The notes under the pieces: model-generated
Told to the model about the DNA's origin: nothing
Seen by the model: only the letters and a program-made list of their open reading frames with translations
The model's database searches: none
Source of the DNA: Vicinamibacterales bacterium
GTDB lineage: Bacteria > Acidobacteriota > Vicinamibacteria > Vicinamibacterales > CAVVIG01
DNA length: 64,000 nt
Assembly (NCBI GenBank): GCA_050183995.1
Contig: JBFXAT010000016.1
Location: 1,443 to 65,442, forward strand
Direction of reading: 5' to 3'
In this document: in pieces, positions 1 through 9,048 of the stretch
Layout: every line of letters starts with the position of its first letter
Position numbering within the stretch: position 1 is the stretch's first letter
Program-made: the position numbers and the translations under genes

Positions 1-968
1 TGCAGCAGGTGCGAGAGATCGCGGACCGTGTGCAGCGCGTTGTCGGTGATCGCGCGGGCGTCGGCGAGGACGGCGGCCTTCATTCCGGCCGCCTCGATCC
101 GATGTTCCGCGACGGCGAGCTCGACCCTCACCGCGGTCAGCACCTGACCCACTTCGTCGTGCAGCTCGCGTGCGATCGTGCGCCGCTCCTCCTCCTGGGC
201 GTTGATCAGCTGCGCCGAGAGCCGCTGCAGATCACGTGAGGTCTCCTGATCGCGCAGTTGCTGGCGACGGAGCCGTCCCTCCAGGCGTGCCACGTGGTGG
301 GTCGCCACCAGTCCGATCAGGAAGCTGATCGCGAGCGCCAGACCGAACTGCGTCAGGGTCCGCCGCTGCATGGCGCCGTAGACCTCGGCGGTGGCCTCCT
401 GCTGGCGGACGAACGCGGCCCGGTTCAACGCCTGCACTTCCTCGGAGACCCGGATGACGGCCTCGCGCCGGGGCATGATGCGCGCGCGGAGAATCTCTCG
501 TGCGTCGCGTGGCCGGCGGGCGTCGTGCGTCGCCAGCACGTCGATCACCGTCCGGCGGAAGTCGTCGATCTGATGCCGCAGCTGCGCAATCGCGTGTGGG
601 TCGAAGTCGAGGCCGAACACCGGCTCGTACCGGTCGAGCGCGGAGTTGACCCGTCGCATCACTTCTTCCAACTGATTCCGGTAGTGGACTGTTTCCGAGG
701 GGCTCGGATCGAGCAGGCCGTCGCGGACGTAGACGGCCGCGATGAGCACCTGCGTACGGACGGTCGACAGGAGCTCCTGGGCTCGCATGTACCGGCGGCT
801 GATCTGCTCGGACTGTTGGCGCACCTCCGCCACGTGGCTGGCGAAGTAGTAGCCGGAGAAGACCCACAAGACGAGCGTGAGGCCGAATCCGAGCAGGAGC
901 ACTCGACGGATGGTGAGGCGCTGCAGCAGGCGACCGCGGAGCCGCGTGGCCGTGTGGGGGGCGCGCAC
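1..968 (-). CDS. Sensor histidine kinase, HisKA_3 (NarX/DesK-like) type; N-terminal part only, the 3' end lies beyond the window
   Basis: Absent from the ORF track because it runs off the edge. My minus-strand translation from GTG (966-968) gives VRAPHTATRLRGRLLQRLTIRRVLLLGFGLTLVLWVFSGYYF (TM1), then TLTQFGLALAISFLIGLVATHH (TM2), then LINAQEEERRTIARELHDEVGQVL (HisKA_3 H-box). An in-frame TAA at 978-980 fixes the start. Confidence 0.8.
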   Translation of the reverse strand, partial: MRAPHTATRLRGRLLQRLTIRRVLLLGFGLTLVLWVFSGYYFASHVAEVRQQSEQISRRYMRAQELLSTVRTQVLIAAVYVRDGLLDPSPSETVHYRNQLEEVMRRVNSALDRYEPVFGLDFDPHAIAQLRHQIDDFRRTVIDVLATHDARRPRDAREILRARIMPRREAVIRVSEEVQALNRAAFVRQQEATAEVYGAMQRRTLTQFGLALAISFLIGLVATHHVARLEGRLRRQQLRDQETSRDLQRLSAQLINAQEEERRTIARELHDEVGQVLTAVRVELAVAEHRIEAAGMKAAVLADARAITDNALHTVRDLSHLL

Positions 969-1107
969 GGCGCAATCTTACAGCTTTGGCGAGAAATGCA
1001 AGCTCATCGGGGGCGAGCTAGATACTTTCGACCCCAAATATCAAGGAAAACCATGATCCCCCGAAATGGCGGTTGGCGGTCTGGCGGAGCCAGGGTCCGT
1101 CGCTCCG

Positions 1108-3219
1108 CTACGCTTCCCGCTGCTCCGGCCGGAACACGACACCGGCCGCCTCGCGGGCAACCGACGCGGCGCGCCGGGCATCGTGCTGAAGCGCCTCCTG
1201 CACGCGGTACCGCGGCTCGCCCTCGGCGCGCCTGGGACGGTAAGTGCCGTCGCTGCCGAGCCACCGCGCCTTGACGTTGTCCCGGAACATCGCCCTGAGC
1301 GCGTGGAGCACCTTCGCCCGGTGTGCGGGATGCTCGACCGGGAACATCAGCTCGATCCGGCGATCGAAGTTGCGCGTCATCCAGTCGGCGCTCGAGAGGT
1401 ACACCTCCTCGTCTCCGCCGTTGTGGAACGCGAATATCCGGGAGTGCTCCAGGAACCGGTCGACGACCGACACGACCTGAATCTGGTCGCTGTGCCCAGG
1501 GACCCCCGGCCGGAGCGCGCAGATGCCGCGCACGTTGAGGCGTATACCGACGCCGGCGCGCGACGCCGCGTAGAGCGCCTCGATGATCTCGTCGTCGATG
1601 AGCGAGTTCATCTTCGCCGTGATCTCGGCCGGCTGGCCGGCCTGCGCGCGCCTGCGCTCGCGCGCGATGAGCTTCAGCAGGCGTTCGCGGAGCCCGGTCG
1701 GCGCCATGACCAGCTTCTTGAGCCGCGGAGGGTCGGAATAGCCGGTCAGGGCGCTGAAGATCGCGCTGGCGTCCTCGGCGACAGTCGGCGACGCGGTCAG
1801 CAGGCCGAAGTCGGTATAGGTGCGCGCGGTGCGCTCGTTGTAGTTGCCGGTGCCCAGATGGACGTACCGCCTGAGCCCCCGGGGCGTCCGGCGGACGATC
1901 AGGCAGATCTTGGCGTGAACCTTGTAGCCGCGGATTCCGTAGATGACGTGCGCGCCGGCCTCTTCGAGCGCGCGAGCCCACTGGATGTTCCGTTCCTCGT
2001 CGAAGCGCGCGGTCAACTCGACGACCACCGTGACCTGCTTGTTGCGCTCGGCGGCGCGGCGCAGGCTGGCGATCAGCTGCGACCCGGGGCTCGCGCGATA
2101 GAGCGTCTGCTTGATCGCGAGCACGTCGGGGTCCTCGGCGGCCTGCGCCAGCAGCGCGAGCACCGGCTCGTACGCGTCGTACGGGTGGTGAAGCAGCAGA
2201 TCCTGCTCGTCGATCGCGGCGAAGATGTCCGAGGGCGGATCCGCGATCAGCTCCACCGGGCGAAGCGGCGGAGCGCGAAGCGCGTCGAGGCCAGGGAGGT
2301 CGGTCAACGCCATGAGGAAGCGGAGGTCCAGCGGGCCGCGCACCGCGTAGACGTCCATCTCCTCGACCTCGGTCTGCCGGCAGAGTAGCGACACGAGCTC
2401 GCTCGACGTGCCTTCCTCGATCTCCAGGCGGACCACGTCGTTCTGACGGCGGTGCCGGACTTCGCGCTCGACTTGATCGAGGTGCGTGCGCCCGCCTTCG
2501 TCGTCGAGCTCCAGCTCGGCGTCGCGAGCCAGCCGGATCATCGACGTCTCGAGGATCTGCTGGCCCGGAAACAGCTGGGCCAGGTGCATGCGGATGATCT
2601 CCTCGAGCAGCACGAACGTGGTGCCGTCGGCGCCGGGGACCGGCACCAGCCTGGTGAGGCCGGGAGGAACCTGGACGATCGCCAGCCGCGGAAGCGTCTC
2701 CCCGCGCGCGGGTGCGAGGAGGATCGCCACGTTGACGCTCAGCGACGACAGCAGCGGAAGCGGGCGGGCGACGTCGATGGCGAGCGGCGTCAGGATCGGG
2801 AGCACGGAGCTCCGGAAATGGGCCCCGAGCGCCGCCCGATCGCGCGCGTCGAGATCCCCCGGCTTCGCCAGCCGCACACCCTCGCGCTCGAGGGCCGGCA
2901 TGAGCTCTCCGAACACGAGAGCGTAGGTGCGGTCCACCAGCGCGTGCGCCCGCTCGGACACGGCACGAAGCTGCTGCGCGGGCGTGAGCCCGGCGAGATC
3001 GGGCGTGGCGTCGTTGTCCACCACGGCGCTCTTCAAGCCGGCGACGCGCACCATGAAGAACTCGTCGAGGTTGGACGCGGTAATCGCCGCGAACTTGAGC
3101 CGCTCCAGCAGAGGCGTCGACGGGTCGGCCGCCTCGTCGAGCACCCGCTCGTCGAAGGCGAGCCACGAGAGCTCGCGGTTCAGGAACAGCGTGGCGTCGT
3201 GCCGATGCAGCGGAGTCAC
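1108..3219 (-). CDS. ppk: Polyphosphate kinase 1
   Basis: This is the C-terminal 703 codons of track ORF 1108..5055. The N-terminus VTPLHRHDATLFLNRELSWLAFDERVLDEA is a typical PPK1 start. GTG at 3217-3219 overlaps the ppx stop (GTGA). The upstream part of the 1315-aa ORF is Arg/Pro-rich shadow sequence. Confidence 0.93.
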   Translation of the reverse strand: MTPLHRHDATLFLNRELSWLAFDERVLDEAADPSTPLLERLKFAAITASNLDEFFMVRVAGLKSAVVDNDATPDLAGLTPAQQLRAVSERAHALVDRTYALVFGELMPALEREGVRLAKPGDLDARDRAALGAHFRSSVLPILTPLAIDVARPLPLLSSLSVNVAILLAPARGETLPRLAIVQVPPGLTRLVPVPGADGTTFVLLEEIIRMHLAQLFPGQQILETSMIRLARDAELELDDEGGRTHLDQVEREVRHRRQNDVVRLEIEEGTSSELVSLLCRQTEVEEMDVYAVRGPLDLRFLMALTDLPGLDALRAPPLRPVELIADPPSDIFAAIDEQDLLLHHPYDAYEPVLALLAQAAEDPDVLAIKQTLYRASPGSQLIASLRRAAERNKQVTVVVELTARFDEERNIQWARALEEAGAHVIYGIRGYKVHAKICLIVRRTPRGLRRYVHLGTGNYNERTARTYTDFGLLTASPTVAEDASAIFSALTGYSDPPRLKKLVMAPTGLRERLLKLIARERRRAQAGQPAEITAKMNSLIDDEIIEALYAASRAGVGIRLNVRGICALRPGVPGHSDQIQVVSVVDRFLEHSRIFAFHNGGDEEVYLSSADWMTRNFDRRIELMFPVEHPAHRAKVLHALRAMFRDNVKARWLGSDGTYRPRRAEGEPRYRVQEALQHDARRAASVAREAAGVVFRPEQREA

Positions 3220-4799
3220 AGCGCACTCCCGGCGGCGCGGATCACCACCTCCCGCCCGAAGACCTGCGTGAAGAGATCGGTCCGCGCCGTCGCGGCGATC
3301 TGTTCCATGGTGATGTCGCCGGACCCGTCGAGCTCGAGAATCCACGTCCGGTCGCGATGCACCAGGCGAAGGTCGCGCACTTTCTGCAGATGCTCGGCGT
3401 CCAGCGCGTTGGCGACACGCAGGATGGCGGCGAGCTTGTTGACCAGCAGCTGATCCCGGTGATCGAGCTCGACGTACGGCAGGTGGCTGCGTTGCGGAAA
3501 CGCCCTCCGGTGATACCTGGCGATCGTGGCGACGATGCGGGTGTCGTCGCCTGACAGCCCGAAGATCTGGGAGGCGGCGAGCAGATACTCCGAGTGCTTG
3601 TGATGGGCGCGCAACCCGACGTACACGCCGATGTCGTGGAGGAGCGCCGCGGTCTGCAGCAGCAGGCGTTCGCGCCGCGAGAGCCCATGAGCCGCCTGCA
3701 ACTCGTCGAACAGTCGCGTCGCGAGCATCGCCACATGCCGTCCGTGCGCGCGATCGAACCGGTAGCGGTGACCGAGCGACTCCGCGCTCGCCAGCACCTG
3801 GCGCTCGAAGTCCTCTTCGCCGCTCGGGTCGCCCGGGTTCAGCAGGTCCAGGAAGACGCCGCTGCGCAGCGAACCTTCGGACACGACGAGCCGTCGCGCC
3901 CCTGTCTCCGCCAGAATCGCGCGGTAGACGAGCAGCGATGGAACCAGCGTCTCGGCTTCGGCACCAGGCAATCGGAATCGGCTGACCAACGCCTCGTCTT
4001 CGAGCGGCTCGACCTCGTCGCAGAACGCGAGAAACGCCTCGCGAGGGATCTCCCGCGGGCCTCCCTCGGCCGGCTGATCGAGGATGTGCGCGGCCGCGCG
4101 CCGGACGTCGCCGCCGACCGCCACCACGTGCGTCACCCGCTTGAGCGGAATCTCCAGGCGAATCTCGTCGACGACGTTCGCGATCGCGCGCTTGAGCAGA
4201 GCCAGTTGCAGCTCGTGTCCGTGACGCGGCAGATCGAGGCGCTGCCGGAGACGGACGCCGCCGAGCGCATATAGGCCCGATCGCAACGGCTGTCCATGAC
4301 GGAGAAGCGTCAGACTCGTGCTGCCGCCGCCGACCTCGGCCAACAGCGTCCAGGCGGCCTTCATCGCCGCGTGCCGCTTGAGGGCGTCGCGGACGGCGAG
4401 GAAGACGAGGCGGCTCTCTTCGGCCTCGTTGATGATTTCGAACGCCAGGCCCGCGCGCGCCCGAACCAGGTCCAGGAAGAGCTCGCCGTTGCGGGCTTCG
4501 CGAACCGCGCTCGTGGCGACGGCGTGGATCTCGGTGACGCCGAAGCCCTCCATGATCGTCTTGAAGCCCTCCAGCGCCGCGAACGCCGCATCGGCAGTAC
4601 GCGGACGGATGACGCCGCCCGAAAAGGTGTCCCGTCCGAGGAGGACGCCGCGGGAGGCCTCCTCGAGGACCCGAATCGGCTGACCGGGCACGATTTCGCC
4701 GACGACGAGGCGGATGGCGCTGGCGCCCATGTCGAGGACGCCGACGACTCGGGGTGACTGTGCTTCGATGTGATCCATGGGGCGGGCTGGCGCATTCAT
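3216..4799 (-). CDS. ppx: Exopolyphosphatase / Ppx-GppA family phosphatase with C-terminal HD domain
   Basis: 527-aa ORF. It has an N-terminal ASKHA-type fold (VGVLDMGASAIRLVVGEI, EVGGGSTSL) and a C-terminal HD region (LLHDIGVYVGLRAHHKHSEY). Confidence 0.9.
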   Translation of the reverse strand: MNAPARPMDHIEAQSPRVVGVLDMGASAIRLVVGEIVPGQPIRVLEEASRGVLLGRDTFSGGVIRPRTADAAFAALEGFKTIMEGFGVTEIHAVATSAVREARNGELFLDLVRARAGLAFEIINEAEESRLVFLAVRDALKRHAAMKAAWTLLAEVGGGSTSLTLLRHGQPLRSGLYALGGVRLRQRLDLPRHGHELQLALLKRAIANVVDEIRLEIPLKRVTHVVAVGGDVRRAAAHILDQPAEGGPREIPREAFLAFCDEVEPLEDEALVSRFRLPGAEAETLVPSLLVYRAILAETGARRLVVSEGSLRSGVFLDLLNPGDPSGEEDFERQVLASAESLGHRYRFDRAHGRHVAMLATRLFDELQAAHGLSRRERLLLQTAALLHDIGVYVGLRAHHKHSEYLLAASQIFGLSGDDTRIVATIARYHRRAFPQRSHLPYVELDHRDQLLVNKLAAILRVANALDAEHLQKVRDLRLVHRDRTWILELDGSGDITMEQIAATARTDLFTQVFGREVVIRAAGSAL

Positions 4800-4855
4800 C
4801 GTACCGGATGACGAGACCCCTCCGGTAACAGTCGTGTAAAAGCCTCTGGGGTCCG

Positions 4856-4891
4856 GTGCGGGATCGTCCGCCGGGTCCTCGATCCCGGCAC
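4856..4891 (-). terminator. Stem-loop just downstream of the multicopper oxidase stop codon
   Basis: GTGCGGGATCG (4856-4866) pairs with CGATCCCGGCAC (4880-4891) with one bulge. There is no U-tract, which is common in GC-rich genomes. Confidence 0.3.
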
Positions 4892-4901
4892 GGGAGGGCG
4901 A

Positions 4902-6512
4902 TCAGCCGGCGGCGAGAATGCGGAAGTTGCGCATCATGCCCATGTCTTCGTGCTCGAGGATGTGGCAGTGATACAGGTAGAGCCCCGGATGCTCGCTGAA
5001 GGTCACCTGCACGCGAACCGTCTCGTGCGGCAGGACGAGAACCGTGTCCACCCATCCATCGTCCACGATGCCTTCGCGGAGGGCGTTGGCGCGTCCGCCG
5101 CTTCGAGACAACACGCGAAACTGGCGGCCGTGCATGTGCATGGGATGCGCCATCTGCATGCCCATCGGATTCGGCTGATTCACGAACTCCCAGACGTGCG
5201 TCGATCCGGCGACGGCCGTCTCGGAGGGCGCCACGTCGTCGAGATCGAAGACGCGTCCGTCGATCAGCCAGTTCATCCGCATGAACGCGAGCGGGACGCG
5301 GCGTGCCGGAGCCCGCGGCGCTTCGGTGAAGCTGTGAGCCGGCAGCCGTTCGGGTGGAGCCACGCGGGGGCCGCGACGGTTCGAGACGCGGAGCGTCGCC
5401 ACCACCAGCGGTGCCCCGTTCGGCACGGGGGCAGGAGTGCCCATCATGCCGGTCTGGCCGCTGTGTTCGCTCGGGAACGCCACGCTCTCCAGTCTCACGG
5501 TGTCGCCGGCAGCGTGATCCGACAGATCGAGCAGCACGTCGGCACGCTGTCCCGGCGCCAGCGTCAGATGACGCGACGTGCGCACGCGAGGCAGCAGACC
5601 ACCATCGCCGCCGAGAACCGTGAACGGCGCTCCGTCGCTCCAGGCGAGCTTATAGATGCGCGCATTTGATCCGTTCAGCAGCCGGACCCTGTAGGTGCGG
5701 CGATCGACGTCGAGCGCCGACGGCGTCCGGCCGCTGACGAGCATCCGGTCGCCCAGCCAGCCGTTCATCGCGTCCATCGCACCGCGCATGCCCATGCCCG
5801 CACCGCGCATCCCACCCATTCCGCGCATGCCGCCCGCTCCGCCCATGCCCCGTCCGCCTCGGCCTCCACCGGCAGCGGGTCGGCCGATCGAGTCGAGATA
5901 CTCGAGCTGATGCCCGGCGTCGAAGCGGCGATCCTGCAGCACCCACAGAAGCTCGCCTTCGTTGGACGGCAGCCCGAGGGCGTCTTCGTCTTCGTCTGAC
6001 ACGAGCACGAAGCCGGCGAGCCCCTGATAGACCTGCCACGCCGTTCGCATGTGCGGGTGGGGGTGATACCAGTAGGTGCCCGCCCGGTTGGTGACGGTGA
6101 AGTCGTAGACGTATTCGCCGCCGGCGTCCACGGCGAGGCGCGGATGCCCATCCGCACGATCCGGCACGTCGAGGCCGTGCCAGTGCACGATCGACGGCTC
6201 GTCGAGGCGGTTCCTGAACCGGACCCGGACGCGCTGGCCGCGGCGAAGACGGATCACCGGTCCGAGATAGGACCCCTCGATCGGTTGCAGCGTTCCCGCC
6301 GGGCCGCGGACGAGGGTGCCGCTGTACCGCCAGACGCGTGTGGGCGTGCCCGAGAGCAGGGCGGCCTCACCCTTCGAAGCCGTCAGCAGCAGTTCGACGT
6401 CGGGTGGCGGTGCGGCCTTCTGGGCCGGGAGCAGCGCCGCCAGCGCGTACGGGTGCGTGGCGGCGCAAATCGAAGAGAGCCCGAGGATCTGAAGGGCGGT
6501 TCGTCGGTGCAC
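4902..6512 (-). CDS. Multicopper oxidase (CueO/laccase-like), probably Tat-exported, with a Met/Gly/Arg-rich insert
   Basis: Copper-ligand motifs HWHGL, HPHPH, HPMHMHG and HCHILEHEDMGMM are present. The N-terminus MHRRTALQILGLSS is twin-arginine-like. Confidence 0.9.
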   Translation of the reverse strand: MHRRTALQILGLSSICAATHPYALAALLPAQKAAPPPDVELLLTASKGEAALLSGTPTRVWRYSGTLVRGPAGTLQPIEGSYLGPVIRLRRGQRVRVRFRNRLDEPSIVHWHGLDVPDRADGHPRLAVDAGGEYVYDFTVTNRAGTYWYHPHPHMRTAWQVYQGLAGFVLVSDEDEDALGLPSNEGELLWVLQDRRFDAGHQLEYLDSIGRPAAGGGRGGRGMGGAGGMRGMGGMRGAGMGMRGAMDAMNGWLGDRMLVSGRTPSALDVDRRTYRVRLLNGSNARIYKLAWSDGAPFTVLGGDGGLLPRVRTSRHLTLAPGQRADVLLDLSDHAAGDTVRLESVAFPSEHSGQTGMMGTPAPVPNGAPLVVATLRVSNRRGPRVAPPERLPAHSFTEAPRAPARRVPLAFMRMNWLIDGRVFDLDDVAPSETAVAGSTHVWEFVNQPNPMGMQMAHPMHMHGRQFRVLSRSGGRANALREGIVDDGWVDTVLVLPHETVRVQVTFSEHPGLYLYHCHILEHEDMGMMRNFRILAAG

Positions 6513-6560
6513 GCCTAGATTATTGGCGATTCCGCGCGAATCTGGTGCGCTGTCTGCGCG

Positions 6561-7886
6561 TCACTCGGAGACGGCGGACGCGTCGGGCGGCCGCTCGACG
6601 GGACCGATGAGGACACGATCGATGCGATGGCGATCCATGTCGACTACTTCGAAACGATGGAACCCGCGCACGAAGGTGTCTCCGACGCGTGGCACGCGGC
6701 CCAGGGCCAGCATCACGAGGCCGCCGAGCGTGTGGCAGCGCGCGCGGTCTCGGGGCGAGGCGATCCCGGGGTCGCCCAACGTATCGACGAGGGCGTCGAT
6801 CGAGACCCGTCCATCCATCAGCCACGTTCCATCGTCGCGGACCACGACGAGCGGCTGTTCCCCGGGCTCGTCGGGAAGGTCCCCCACGATGGCGGACATC
6901 ACGTCGGTCAGGCTCACCAGGCCTTCCACCCCGCCGAACTCATCGACCACGAGCGCGACCGGCAGGTGCGTGCGCCTGAATTGTTCGAGCAGCGTCATCA
7001 GCGTCATCGTCTCCGGAACGAAGAGCGCCGGCTCGGCGAGTGACACGAGATCGGCGGAAGGGTCCTCGAGCATGCGATCGAGGACCCGCGCCGCCCGAAC
7101 GAAGCCAAGGACGTGGTCCATGCCGCCGTCGCACAGCGGCAAGACGTTGTGATGATGCGCGCGCAGCCGGGCGCGATGGACATCGCGGCCCTCGCGGACG
7201 TCGAGGAAGGTGATGTCGGCGCGGGGCGTGAGCGCGGACCCGACGAGCCGCTCGTCGAGGTCCAGGACGTTCGACATCAAGCGGTGTTCGATCGGCTCGA
7301 AGACGCCCTCGCGCGCCCCCTGTTCGAGCATGATGCGGATCTCGTCGGCCGTGACCGCCGGCTGCGGCGTCTGACGAATGCCGGTGACGCGCACGAGGGC
7401 GTCCGTGGTCGCGCTGAGCAGGTGCACGATCGGACGACCGATGGAGGCGACGAGCGTCATCGGACGCGCGATCGCCGCCGCGACCGCTTCGGGGTTGGCG
7501 AGCGCCAGACGCTTGGGAACCAGTTCGCCGAGGATGAGCGAGACGAGGGTGAGGGCGATCACCATGATGCCGACCGACAGACTGTCGGCGTGTGCCGCGA
7601 GAGGCGGCATGCCTTCGAGCGCGGAGCGGATGCCGACGGCGATGGATTCGCGCGCGATCGCGCCGCTGAGGATGCCGATCGCGGTGATGCCGACCTGAAC
7701 GCTCGACAGGAACCGCGTCGGCTCCGCGGCCAGGGCGAGCGCCTGGGCGGCCCCGGTGCGCCCTCGACTCGCGAGCTGTTGCAGCCGCACGCGGCTCGAG
7801 GACACGATCGCAATCTCGGACAGGGCGAACAAGCCGTTCACCAGGATGAGAACGAGCAGGACGGCGAGCGCGGTCAACATGAGCAC
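6561..7886 (-). CDS. CNNM/HlyC/CorC family transporter (DUF21-CBS pair-CorC_HlyC)
   Basis: 441-aa ORF. The N-terminal membrane domain (LVNGLFALSEIAIVSS) is followed by a CBS region and a C-terminal CorC-type domain (FRFEVVDMDRHRIDRVLI). Confidence 0.9.
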   Translation of the reverse strand: MLMLTALAVLLVLILVNGLFALSEIAIVSSSRVRLQQLASRGRTGAAQALALAAEPTRFLSSVQVGITAIGILSGAIARESIAVGIRSALEGMPPLAAHADSLSVGIMVIALTLVSLILGELVPKRLALANPEAVAAAIARPMTLVASIGRPIVHLLSATTDALVRVTGIRQTPQPAVTADEIRIMLEQGAREGVFEPIEHRLMSNVLDLDERLVGSALTPRADITFLDVREGRDVHRARLRAHHHNVLPLCDGGMDHVLGFVRAARVLDRMLEDPSADLVSLAEPALFVPETMTLMTLLEQFRRTHLPVALVVDEFGGVEGLVSLTDVMSAIVGDLPDEPGEQPLVVVRDDGTWLMDGRVSIDALVDTLGDPGIASPRDRARCHTLGGLVMLALGRVPRVGDTFVRGFHRFEVVDMDRHRIDRVLIGPVERPPDASAVSE

Positions 7887-7937
7887 TCCACGGCCGCATC
7901 ATATCGTCCGCTGCGCGCGTGCGGGCTCGAGGAACGC

Positions 7938-7943
7938 TATAAT
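7938..7943 (+). promoter_or_regulatory. Candidate -10 box (TATAAT) for the NHL-repeat gene
   Basis: A perfect TATAAT hexamer sits about 50 nt upstream of ATG 7992. AGGAGAGAG lies just before the ATG. No convincing -35 element is present. Confidence 0.3.
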
Positions 7944-7991
7944 CCGCGCCGATTCGCTGCAGGGATCCGCTGTTTCACCAGGAGAGAGCAT

Positions 7992-8963
7992 ATGAAGAAG
8001 ACGCTCGCATTCGCGCTCGCGCTGCACGTTGCTTCGGCGGTGGCGATGACCGCACAAGGCCGGAGCGAAGGCATGTCAGGTTCCGCCGCGCCGACGCTGA
8101 AGGTGCGATATGACGAAGACTTCATCAAGTGGCCCACGGAGATCTGGGCCTCCGAGGCGGTCGGCGTCGCGCTGAACTCGAAGGGGCACCTCTTCCTGCT
8201 CAATCGAGGGAATCATCCGCTGCTCGAGTTCGGCCCCGACGGTTCGTTCATCCGTTCGCTCGGTGAGGGCTCCACGATCTGGCACGCACCGCACTCGGTC
8301 CGCTTCGATTCCGAAGACAACATGTGGATCGTCGACTCCGGGAACAACGTCGTCGTGAAGCTCAATCCGCAGGGGAAGGTCATCCAGGCGCTCGGCAGGC
8401 GCCTAGAGCCGTGGGTGTACGACACACATGGCATCGAGCGGGCGATTCCCGCGCCGTCGAACTTCTACCAGCCGACCGACACGGCGGTGGGCCCCGACGG
8501 CAGCGTGTACGTCTCAGACGGGTACGGGAATTCCCGAGTGGCGAAGTTCACGAAGGAGGGCAACCTGGTCAAGTACTGGGGCGATCGTGGCACGCGCCCC
8601 GGCCAGTTCAACACGCCGCACAGCATCGTGATCGATCGCAATCAGACGCTGTATGTGGCCGATCGCCAGAACAACCGGGTCCAGACATTCGACACCGAAG
8701 GCAACCTGAAGAAGGTGTGGAACCTCGACGGACCGCCGTGGTCGCTGTGCATCACGCCTGGGCAGAACCAGGTTGTCTTCGTCGGCAGCGTTGGCAAGGT
8801 CTACAAGATCGGGCTCGACGGTACCGTGATCGGCACCTTCGGGAAGCCGGGGCGGCTGCCTGGACACATCGACTCGCTGCACGCCATCGCGTGCCCGGAC
8901 GAGAAGACGATCTACCTCGCCAACGAGTGGAGCTACCGGTTCGATCGCGTGATCATCGAGTAG
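7992..8963 (+). CDS. Secreted NHL-repeat six-bladed beta-propeller protein (peptidyl-hydroxyglycine amidating lyase-like fold)
   Basis: In-frame ATG inside track ORF 7113..8963. A signal peptide (MKKTLAFALALHVASAVAMTAQG) is followed by NHL repeats (YVSDGYGNSRVAKFTKEGN, LYVADRQNNRVQTFDTEGN). An RBS precedes the start. Confidence 0.85.
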   Translation: MKKTLAFALALHVASAVAMTAQGRSEGMSGSAAPTLKVRYDEDFIKWPTEIWASEAVGVALNSKGHLFLLNRGNHPLLEFGPDGSFIRSLGEGSTIWHAPHSVRFDSEDNMWIVDSGNNVVVKLNPQGKVIQALGRRLEPWVYDTHGIERAIPAPSNFYQPTDTAVGPDGSVYVSDGYGNSRVAKFTKEGNLVKYWGDRGTRPGQFNTPHSIVIDRNQTLYVADRQNNRVQTFDTEGNLKKVWNLDGPPWSLCITPGQNQVVFVGSVGKVYKIGLDGTVIGTFGKPGRLPGHIDSLHAIACPDEKTIYLANEWSYRFDRVIIE

Positions 8964-8998
8964 CAGCCGCCGGCGGTCCGTCGGGCACGGCGACCGAG

Positions 8999-9024
8999 GG
9001 CCCGAACGCGCGCGCGTTCGGGCC
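8999..9024. terminator. Bidirectional terminator-like hairpin between the convergent NHL genes
   Basis: GGCCCGAACGC / GCGTTCGGGCC form a perfect 11-bp stem with a 4-nt GCGC loop. Confidence 0.5.
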
Positions 9025-9048
9025 TCAGCGCGAGCCGGTCCGAGCGGT

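Noticed and set aside
1004-3226. Long alternative ORFs over ppk (740 aa on the minus strand; 440 aa on the plus strand at 1066..2388)
   Set aside because: Both have Arg/Ala/Pro-dominated low-complexity translations with no recognisable motifs. This is typical of stop-poor off-frames in GC-rich DNA, and the ppk frame explains the region.
1108-5055. A 1315-aa ORF that could be read as one giant Ppx-Ppk-like fusion protein
   Set aside because: Only the last 703 codons look like PPK1. The upstream part is Arg/Pro/Gly-rich shadow sequence overlapping the genuine ppx gene, which is in another frame (3216..4799). A GTG at 3219 overlapping the ppx stop gives a normal-length PPK1.
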